From Gordius albopunctatus (Eukaryota), in the NCBI GenBank assembly GCA_964276515.1, contig OZ193909.1:744001-808000 (forward strand): a DNA stretch of 64,000 nt, in the 5' to 3' direction. Below the pieces are notes generated by a model. That model searched no databases. It was given only the letters and a program-made list of their open reading frames with translations, and was not told the origin of the DNA. Position 1 is the first letter of the stretch, and each line of letters starts with the position of its first letter. This document shows, one piece after another, positions 24,201 to 34,640 of the stretch. The position numbers and the translations under genes were made by a program.

Positions 24201-26264
24201 CCCAATGTCACTTTTAGGTGACGTTATATTTAAAACTTAAAAATAACTATGATATATTTATAATTAATAAAATATATTTAAATCAAAATAATAAGCAAGA
24301 ATCATTATTCAGGAACATGAAAAAATATATTTTGCACTCACGTTCGATTTTCCATTAAATTGAATAATTTGGAAGAGTTCAAAAAATAAAAAAAATTGCG
24401 AAGGTTGGAATGGTATAATTTTTAAACAATAGATTCGGAAAGGAAAGACGTTGTGTGAGCTTATTTGGCAACATCTCTTTTGTTAAATTCAATTTAAAAA
24501 ATTAATTTTGAATAAATACTTTTTGAGTAATCAATAATCAAATGGGTGTAACTTAAAAGTTAAAGACCGTAATCTATCCCAGGAAACACAGTATAATTGA
24601 CAAACCTTTTTTACCCATATTATCTTGTTTCTCAGTCGCTTACTGTTTCTGCGCCAGCCTTTGTAACCCCCAAAACTTTGTGTGTTTTATCCCTTATTAC
24701 CCGTTATACCCTTACCACCTTTCCCTCCTTATGCCAAAGACCAGAAAAGACTTGGATATGACTACTATTGGTCTGATCACCCAGTCTGTCCCTCAAACAT
24801 CCACGGTCCACTCCCTAATAACCGCGAATGACATGTTTTCCCAGACATCGTTCATCGATAACCTGTTTATTCCCCCTATACAAGGCGAAAAGGCCCAAAC
24901 AGTCGACACGGATGTGCTTACGGAGCAAATAATCTCTCCCCTAAAGTCCCCAATCAAAGAGACGATCCCATCGGTCCACAAACTGAACATGCTAATTGCC
25001 GGATGGTCTAGTAAGATGAATCGGATGGAAGCTCTTCTTGAATCAAGGCTGCCAGGCCCCTCCCTGCACAGAGAAATAAGACGTCCCCTGCACGGGGACC
25101 ATGAGGCAACATCTTCTCATATGTATGAGTCCGCGGAGAATCTCACTCATTAAGGGAACGTTCCTACGCAAGGGCGTTGCCAGGATTTGCTAGAGGGGGG
25201 GGGTTTAAAATGTTTGAAGCCATATTTTTTTTGGAAGTAATTTTATTTTCGACATATATTATTGAAAGTAAAGTAAAAATACAACAAAAATAAATTATAA
25301 CAAAATATTTAAAAACTATAAACAATTAATATCGACGTTTTTTAGATAAAAATGCATTAATAATATCTTCTGTTTTGGGGGTATATTGTCTATGTACATT
25401 TAACAAGGTTAATCCAGTAAGCCTAAATTAAAAATTAGTAAAACCATTTAATTTACCTTTCTTGTCCCATTGTGTTCCTGAGGTAAGTTTTTAGTCTTTT
25501 TAAAGCTGAAAAACATCTCTCATTAGAGCATGTTGTAACGGGGAGTGTGGCTAAAATATGGTATAATGTTTTAATTGCTATGCAATTTATGGGCTCGTTT
25601 TTGGTTGTCCGTCCGTCCGTCTACCAAGTTATTTACACCAGCTTCCCGACCTGGAGGTTGCGGGTTCGAGACCCGGAGAGGACAAAATTTTTTTTTTTTT
25701 AAATTAAATTAATATTTTTTTCTTGTTAATACCATTGATAATATGACTTTTTGACCGTCCGCAGGCTACTGACCAATGAAAAAATGACCACTTGCCAGAT
25801 AAATCGAAATTTTTAATTTTTCGTTTTTGAATAGTTTAACATTGATAATTACCCTATGCCCTCCCCTACAAGGGCCTATGGCTCTATTTATATGGTTCCC
25901 TGTTCCCCTCCAAAGGCTTATGCCTCTATTTAATGTGGGTTCGAATCCCGGAGAGGGCAAAATTTTTATTTTTTTAATTAATTTAATATTTTGTTCTTGT
26001 TAATACCATTGATAATATGACTTTTTGACCGTCCGCTGGCTACTGACCAATGAAAAAATGAACATTGGCCAAATAAATCCTAATTTTTCGTTTTTCCTTT
26101 TTGAATAAGTTAACATTGATAATTGAAAAAAATTACCATTGGCCAAATAAATCAAAATTTTTTGTTCGTTTTTGAATAGGTTAACATTGATAATTACCCT
26201 ATATTTTTTAATAATTGCTATGCAATTTATCTAGTTTTTGGGTTAGAATCCCGGAGTTTTTTTT

Positions 26265-27150
26265 GACTCTTATGATTGTTCCTGTTCCTACCATTGCTAT
26301 TATGACTTTTTGGCCGTCCGCTGGCTGCTGACCAATGGAATAAAATGACCATTGGCCAAAATGTGATTCGAAAATTTTTTTTTCGTTTTTTTGACTATTA
26401 TGATTGTTCCTGTTCCTACCATTGCTATTATGACTTTTTGGCCGTCCGCTGGCTGCTGACCATTGGAATAAAATAACCATTGGCCAAAATGTGATTCGAA
26501 AACTTTTTTTCGTTTTTTTTTGACTGTTATGAATTTATATCCACTTTTACCGTGTCCTGGCTGCTGACCAATGGAAAAAATGACCATTGGCCAAAATGTG
26601 AATCGAAATTATTTTTTCCGTTTTTTTTGACTATTATGATTGTTCCTGTTCCTACCATTGCTATTATGACTTTTTGGCCGTCCGCTGGCTGCTGACCAAT
26701 GGAATAAAATGACCATTGGCCAAAATGTGATTCGAAAACTTTTTTTTCGTTTTTTTTTGACTGTTATGAATTTATATCCACTTTTACCGTGTCCTGGCTG
26801 CTGACCAATGGAAAAAAATGACCATTGGCCAAAATGTGAATCGAAATTATTTTTTCCGTTTTTTTGACTATTATGATTGTTCCTGTTCCTACCATTGCTA
26901 TTATGACTTTTTGGCCGTCCGCTGGCTGCTGACCAATGGAATAAAATAACCATTGGCCAAAATGTGATTCGAAAACTTTTTTTTTCCTTTTTTTGACTAT
27001 TATGAATTTATATCCACTTTTACCGTGTCCTGGCTGCTGACCAATGGAAAAAATGACCTTTGGCCAAAATGTGATTCGAAAATTTTTTTTTCGTTTTTTT
27101 TGACTATTATGATTGTTCCTGTTCCTACCATTGCTATTATGACTTTTTGG
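26265..27150. repeat. Tandem array of ~129-bp A and ~107-bp B units (AABABABA')
   Basis: Unit starts at about 26265, 26393, 26522, 26629, 26759, 26866, 26995 and 27102. Shared core ctgaccaatgga..aatgaccattggccaaaatgtga. Confidence 0.92.
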
Positions 27151-27359
27151 TAATACAACTCCCGTAGAATTTAACTAACCATAAAGCTTCCCCTTCGCTC
27201 CCTCTCTCCCCCTTTATGATATTTGGCATATACACTTATTTAGTGCTTCCAACCTTCGTTTTGCAATATTCACGTAAGTATTTCCATAAATTGCATAGCA
27301 ACTATGATACATTTATACGGAGTGTAGATGAGTTCCCCCTTCCTTCCCCTCCTCCCCTT

Positions 27360-28024
27360 TGTTGTATCCTCAAGACTTAAGGGAGCAGGTGTAGTAGAAG
27401 TGGAGAATATTCATATGCAGGGGATGGAATATTGTATCCTCATAGCGGGGAGAGCGGTCAAGATTAAGCACTTCAAAAAGATGTAAGAGCAGATAAGCTT
27501 AAAATCAGACCGGAAAAAGTTCTAGTACAGTAGATAAGCTTAAAATGAGGCCGGAAAAGGGGTAGTTCAAGAAGATAAAAAAGGTAGATAAGCTAAAAAA
27601 AATGAGGCCGGGGTTTAATTTAATAGCATTTTCCTTATAAGGAACAGGCCGGGGTTAGGAAACTTGGGCATTATAAAAAGACCCTGTTTCCATTTATAAG
27701 TATTATTATATATATTTTGTCATTGCTTTACGAAATTCCCTTCCTCGCTACCATCCCTAAGATAATTATAATTGCCACGCTAATTGTATACTATGACGTG
27801 ACTTGTATCGAATATAAAGATCAAATAAAGTTCACTTATTGTAAATTGATTCTGGACTACGTTCACTCTCAATATAACCGAAAACATATAAGGCATCAAT
27901 ATTTAACGACCGGGATTAAGAGCCAAAATCCCCTGAAACTATCACTCCAACCCTGACGTTACAGAAGCCCTTGAACATAACAATTGACCAAGACAAACAT
28001 CATCCATCGTTACCGGACTAAACA
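27360..28024. mobile_element. Solo LTR (665 bp)
   Basis: TGTT...AACA termini with exact 5-bp TSD CCCTT, inserted in the pyrimidine tract of the Helentron-like element. Confidence 0.85.
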
Positions 28025-28749
28025 CCCTTCCCTCCCCTTCCCCCTTCCCTCCCCTTCCCCCTTCCCACGAGGGCCGAAGGCCCGAGTTTTTATATTTGGA
28101 TGTAATTTTAATTTGGACGCATGATTGGTTAATGTTTCCAATGCAGCATTGGTAGGCAAATTCTCTAATTCACAGTCCTTGAACGACTGATACCACTATT
28201 TAATATCCGATTTGAATTGTTCTTGACAGCCGTCAAGATCTTCTTCATAAAAATTTGCCAATTGAAGAAAGTTATTTAATATCTCTGTTGAGAGCATGAC
28301 AGGGGACTTAATTAGAAGGGAATCAAATCCCAACAGTATTTGCTTGTTTTTTAGAAACCTTTCATCAAGTTCCACCAAAACCGCATCTAAAAAGGAGTTA
28401 TGCAACGAAACTCTGTAATAAGTTTCTGGACAAGATGTTTCAATGTTTGAACGAAGAGTTTGTCGTGAGGCTCTCCTAGGAATAGTAATTTTGAAATCAT
28501 ATATATCTCCTAGTGACGAGACATCATTGTAGATTGTTTTAAATTCTTCTTGGGAATTTTCCCGCAAATGTTGAATCTGTATAAACGCATTTTCGGCTGC
28601 ATTTATGGCATGAGAAAGGTCTATATTAATCTTTTGCAAATAATTGCTAAGATTAATAGTCTAAGAGAAAATTTGATTTAGCATGTACAAAGACAGCCAA
28701 AAGTTGGATGTCCTTAATGATGAAAGCAAAATGGAGATGTGTGAATGGG

Positions 28750-30465
28750 ACGATGATATTGAGGCACATTTGGATCATCTACCAAGATCAATGCCTACGT
28801 CTTCTATTGAGGCAATCCGTTCCTCAGACCTAGAGCGTACATCCATTAAAGATAATTTAAATTGGCAAGATGTTGAAAAGGTTTTTCCCCGTGTCGTCGC
28901 AAAGAAGTTGATAGGACTGACGTCGATGTCATGAATTTACCAACCACAGAAGATTATTTCGAACAAATTTTTACCGATGAAATTGTGAAATTCATTGTAG
29001 AAATGAAAAATCTATATGCTAAACAGCACAATATAAATTTGAACTTTACAAAGTAGGAGCTTAAAATTTATATTGCCATCTTCTTACTGGATATTTGACT
29101 CCGAAAAATATGAAAATGTGTTGGGAATTAAAATCCGATTCTTACAATCAAATGGTTTCATATGGAATACGCCGCAACAGATTCAGAGAAATAACAAAGT
29201 ATTTACATCTCTGCAACAATTCAAATTTAGACTCGGTCGACAAATTCGCCAAAGTTCGACAGTTCTTTGATCTTTTAGATAAACGATTTAGGAATAATTT
29301 TAAATATGTAAAAACTTCAAATATTTCAATGGATGAAACCATCGTTCCCTACTATGGGCGCCATACTACGAAACAATTTATAAAAGGAAAGCCAATGCGC
29401 TTTGGGTATAAACTCTGGACGGCCGCAACAAGGTCGGGAAACCTTATTAGTTTTGACCTTTATCAGGGTTCATCATGTATTTTACCACAGCAAAAAACTT
29501 TCGGTTTAGGGGGAGCTGTCATAATGAATCTTCTGGATAAATTACCAAATGAATATTCTCCTTATAATATTTATTTCGATATTTACTTCGCAAGCACAAA
29601 ATTATTAAATGCTCTTTCAAAAAATAACATCGGCGCTACGGGAACCGTCAGGGTCAATCGAATTAAATGTCCTCTGGCAGATCCGAAAGTGTTTTAAAAA
29701 AAGGCCGAGGCTATTTCGTTAAAAAAGTAACTTCAAATCGATTCAATGGAATGACAATTGCATTGTCAACATATTATCAAATTGTCCTAATAGCAACCCA
29801 ATAAGTAAAATATCCAGAATAGGTTCAATAAATAAGGTAAAATCAAACATTCAAGTAGATTGCCCATTTATGGTACAAATGTACAATATATGGGTGCGGT
29901 TGATCGATTTGATCAGAACGTACAATCTACAAGAATTTCTTACAGAGGTAAAAAATGGTATTTTCCTTTGTTAGCATTTGGAATAGATGCGGCCTGCCAA
30001 AATGCATGGCGAATTTACAACTCAAACAATGATTATCAGTCATTGTGCAACTTCCGAAGATCGATTGTGATGTCATATTTCAGCAATTATGGTATTCAAC
30101 CCAAAAGAAACGTGTATCCCAGTTTAACGAAATATAAATCTAACATAACAACAAAGGATCAAAAAGAACCCTGTGCTCAGAGGCGTTGTAAAGTTTGTAA
30201 GAAGGCCACTCGCCTAAAATGTTCACATTGTAACGCCGGATTGCATTTAAAATGTTGGGCGACCTATCATGAATTATAATTAATTATATTGTATCTGATT
30301 TTAATAAAAATTTTAAGTTGCATTTTTGGCCTTCCCCTCTATCTACCCGGGGCCATTATTTTTCAAAAAGATTTCAGTTAATTTGTTGTTACTATACCCT
30401 AGTGACCCTAGAAACCTTTTTTTTTATCAAATTTAACCGTGCAAAAATCAGTGGTCCCTGTCGGG
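28750..30465 (+). mobile_element. piggyBac transposase pseudogene, 5'-truncated, with intact 3' terminus
   Basis: SMDE, KQFIKGKPMRFGYKLW, YFD.YF, ATGTVRVNR, MGAVDRFDQ, KKWY and Cys-rich tail. Ends CCCTGTCGGG|TTAA. Stops and frameshifts present. Confidence 0.93.
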
Positions 30466-32410
30466 TTAATGAAGTAACAGCAGGCATTCTATAAAAAATG
30501 AGGCCCAATTTTGATAAGCCTAATGACAAATCATTTTACACAGAAGTAGGATGGACTTTATTATATATAAATAAATAGTAAAATGCATGACACATTTTCT
30601 AGGCAGCATGTGTGTTAAACCAATATGTATCTATTACATAAAATTAGGAATTAATGGCCCCAATCTTCATTCCACGTTCCGGTAAATATCACAAGTTCCA
30701 GGATCTCCTTGCCGAATTTTTCTGCCATGCACACAAATAAAAGAGTGAGGTGAAGGTTTAAGGATGGGAAAAGGCTTACTTAATGATGCTAGGTTCGGCG
30801 TAGGAACTAACCCGGGAAGCGGCCCGGCGTTTGACGAGGTGATTGGTCTCTTTGCCAAACGATGTGGAGGCGATAGAAGGAGTTGTTGTTGGAGTGGTGG
30901 TCACGACCGGTGTTACAATCCTGAAAGCATCCTCATCATTAAACTCTCCTCGTGAAACAAATAAATTGATGGGCTCTGTTGCCAGCAGCGGGATCGAGTT
31001 AGCATTAGCTTTTTTAACTCCCTTACTTTTCCCATTTCTCGCAAACTTTTTCTCACTTTTGGCACTTTTAACCATTTTAATCGCGGCTGTCGCGGTGGAC
31101 CCTTTCTTCTTCTTTTTAACTTCTTTAAGGGTAAAAGAAGGATCATGGGGATCGTTATATATCCCCCTTTCATCTCGGCTGTCAAGTGCAGAATTTTCCG
31201 TGAACAAATTTTTGACCTAGGCGTTAATAATATTAATGTATCGAAGGTGTTTGTTTAAGAGTAATTAAATTGCTAATATCCAAGAGGCCGCTTAAGATTG
31301 GACTTAAGTTTCTACGAAGATTTTGTCGTTAGTTGCGAATTACATCATATTTAACGCATATGAATTATAGATCCTCAAGTCTTTAAATATGACCGATGAA
31401 ACTTGTACCCGTTTAAAAATTGTGCATTATATTTATTTTACCTTTTCTTTCGCTTTCCGAACCCGTTGTTTTACTGGTTTGATCGCTTCTCCTACGCTAT
31501 CGCCCCCAACGATGGGTTCTTGCAGAATAGTCTAAGAAATCGCAAATTCGTATTTTTCGTCAATTAAAGTTAATTAAAATAAATAAGCTTTAATTCTAAA
31601 TTAACTGAAATATATAGACTGGAAAATTATTGAGAGACGGTTAGATTATTTAGATGGAAAAACCTTTGGAGGGTGGGATAGAGGAGATGTCAAGTGGGCT
31701 TTACTCTTGGCAGTTTGCTTCAAAACCTTTTCTCTCTCTTTGCCCACATCCTTGCCTTTTTTACTTAGTTTTTTTGAGCTAGGGCTTTTAATCGTGTTGG
31801 AAGTGGTCATTTCTCTGGGCGATTTTACATGACCTAATTGAATGGAGGATGTTGGTGACCGAGATGGGCGTAAATCTGATAAACGGCGATTTTCTTTGCC
31901 CGGGGCCGCAGTCAATTCATTTGATCCCTTTTCCCGCAGCAATCGATTTAGAATGGCTGGAACGGGAGGAGATTTAATAATATCTCTTTTATGTGCTACA
32001 TTTTGCAATGGATCCGTTATTTCACCTGCGGATTTTTGTTAATGTAATAATTATAAAAATTCTGACTTTTAAACTCAAGTCGAGGAATAGCCTTACCAGA
32101 GATCCATAAATAAAGGTCAAGCAATAAGCATTTAGAAAACGACGAATTTAAAGTTAGAGTCAGCCCCATATATATTTGCCATCTCCCCGCAAGTGTAAAA
32201 GGTCATTGGGTTAACCGAATATTGTATTTCAGAGTCGCCAATTTAAAATTTAGACATGCAATATTTCGGAGCACAAAAATCATATTAAATCTTTGGAACA
32301 ACCATAAAAAACAATTTTATTGAACGAGTTTCTCAACAGCCTTCAACCTTTATAAATCCCACTTAACAATTGCATATGTATTCCTGTCAATCCATTGATA
32401 AGCTCACCAT
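29926..32410 (-). repeat. Right arm of the inverted duplication
   Basis: Reverse complement of 20908-23406. Confidence 0.97.
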
Positions 32411-34640
32411 TTGCTTTAATAATTATAATCATTTTTGTAATGGCGGTTATAATAAATTAGTTAACTTCACTTTTTAAGCTTTATTGGTTGGGGTCTATCT
32501 CTATATGATTTTTTCTCAATATTATTCTCTACATATAATTAACACATGAAATTAATAAAGTATAAATTTAAGTTTATGTGCCTTGAAAGTAAATAAAGTG
32601 ATATGTATAAGTTTGTTAGATCAATTTAACTTAAATGCTAAATAACAAATACTAAATCCTTAACTTAGAATGAGCCTCAGATTAAACCACCCATGTATTG
32701 TACTTTAATTATATAAATAAGAGGGAAACTCCAAATATTTAATAATTTGTCTGGGGGGATTTGGAATTAAGTTTGAGTGTGAGGAAATGAATGAATGCCT
32801 TACTCGCTTGTTGGTCAGGTAAAAAGTGCAGAATTTGGCCCTCCTTGTTCAGAGATATTACCAACTTTTGCTTCAATTTAGCATGCACAAATAAAGGATC
32901 CACCATGGGGGTTTTGTTATTTTCAGCCACAACCTATGAAGAATTATGATAACATTCAATAAAAAAACAAAATTGGCTGATTAAATTAGAAAAAGTTATA
33001 AATCAGTTAAATGAAGAAAGTAGAAAAAGAAGTAAACTTTGCTTCCAATTTCATGGGCCCTGGGTGTTGTAGTAGTCTTCACCACACCATCAAAGTTCTC
33101 GCCTGAACTTGACAAAGTGTATGTTGAGGATAAAGAAGGCTCACTTATCTCTTCACCCATCCTTCCAAAGTAAGAGGGGGCATCTGCTTCGGAAAGGGGA
33201 AAAAAAGAAATGCAAACTTTTTTAATCATTTTAATATATCCATTTCAGCATATTTTAGGTCAAAATGAATTGTTTTTGATGGAATGTATAATAGGTTGGT
33301 GTTTACCTCTGAAATTTTGTTTGCTAAAGAGTTCAGACCTTCTCCCTCGCTTCGTGACCAATCTTTCCTCTTAAGCAATCAAATAAAAAATCAACAAAAA
33401 GACTTTTCTTATTTATTTAAAAGTTTTATTAGCATAAAAAGTTCAAGCTGTTTAATTAATTAAATAAGATAGATATTTATACTATGTGCATGCTGAAAGT
33501 TTTGTGAAACATCTGCAAACATCAAGGTATTCTCTTCACATATTATACTGGGATCAGGATGTGCTTTAAATTTGTGATCTCTGGAACTAGTTAACTTATC
33601 ATTAATTAGGAGTAGGCTATTGTTAGCTAAAATTTGGCCATTTTGACCAAAATTTTTAAATGCTTGAGGTAAATTCAGGTTGTTTATGTTTGAAAAATCT
33701 TGAGAAATTGAAGAATGTTTATAAATAGAAGGTTTATCTGATATTTGAGGAATTCCTAGATAACAAATAAACACAAAAAAATTTACTTTTAAGCTATAAT
33801 GCATAAATTTAATATTACCTTTTTTATAGGGCATTTCATCTACTATAACAACATTAGTTGATATATTTGATGGTGCCTCACTAGATTCATTTCTAAAACT
33901 TTTGCAAACATTTTAGAGATTTTGAAAACATAATTAATTTACCTAGTTCCTGATGTTTGTTTTTGTTCTATAAATGAATAATATGAACCTATAGGATGAT
34001 GGACAAGTGAACGCTCATGTGTTTCTAAACTGTGTTCCACATCTTGAACCTTGAACATTATTTCAGTCATATTCCTAGTAAGTTGGTTTAAAGAAACACT
34101 ATCATGCTGCAACATTTGTTTGATGACTTCTACATTTTCTCTTAGTTTTTGAATGTGTGCCTACTTTTTATTAGTTTATGCGTTTAGATTATTTTATACC
34201 TGATATTTTTTTTCATAGGCTTGATGCTCTCTAAGTATGGCATTATGTTTCAACATCAATTCCTGATTTTCCTTTTGTAAGTATAAGTTTGTGTCTTGCA
34301 TCATTTTCAATTCATGTTTATGATTTTGCAAAGCAGAAGCTAATGCCTGGTTATTTTTTTGTAATGTTACACGCGCAAATGTTGTATTAATTGCTAAATA
34401 AATAATTAATATAAATTATATGAGTCACCTCCTAATCGTGATTTTAGCAAAGACTTATTTTGTCCCCTTTTCTTGCGTCTAGATTTTGATTTACCCTTCA
34501 TCCTTGAAACCTTGATTATTGCACTATTTTCATCTAGTGATGGACTACTTTCTTCAAACGAATAAACTGATCCCTAAAAATATAAATATTATTTAAACAT
34601 TACAATTTTGCATTACTTTAACGTCAATTTTTGAACTCAT
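30667..34640 (-). CDS. SGO1: Shugoshin (centromeric cohesion protector), multi-exon; middle exons not all resolved; possible upstream start at 34734
   Basis: N-terminal coiled coil INTTFARVTLQKNNQALASALQNHKHELKMMQDTNLYLQKENQEL (exon ~34393-34200). Spliced C-terminal basic SGO motif KRRAASRVSSYAEPSIIKKIRQGDP (exons 31216-30780 and 30721-30667). Confidence 0.85.

Larger units (their letters stand above)
25574..28088 (+). mobile_element. Helentron/DINE-1-like non-autonomous element (composite) with central tandem repeats
   Basis: Subterminal inverted repeat ttgctatgcaatttatg (25576) / cataaattgcatagcaa (27285), (GTCC)n at 25607, 3' hairpin gggcc-gaa-ggccc (28071-28083), and insertion into a T-run without a TSD. 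Confidence 0.8.
25179..28745 (-). mobile_element. hAT transposase remnant (P52rIPK/ZMYM-like), split by an inserted Helentron-like element
   Basis: 28745-28090 reads LSNYLQKINIDL...PRRASRQTLRSN...PETYYRVSL...LDERF. After the insertion, 25570-25350 reads ILATLPVTTCSNERCFSALKRLKTYLRNTMGQERL (hAT dimerization domain). Terminus caagggcgttgccagg at 25179. Confidence 0.85.

Noticed and set aside
25645..25690. tRNA gene
   Set aside because: Only a T-arm/B-box-like part is present. There is no full cloverleaf, and it lies inside a repeat.
26208..26953. Repetitive ORFs (MVILFQWSAASGRPK..., IGQQP...)
   Set aside because: These are chance translations of the non-coding tandem array.
22867..30465. One composite piggyBac bounded by the two TTAA-CCC ends
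   Set aside because: Both ends are the same 3' end with identical flanking host DNA. This indicates duplication, not a TIR pair with a TSD.
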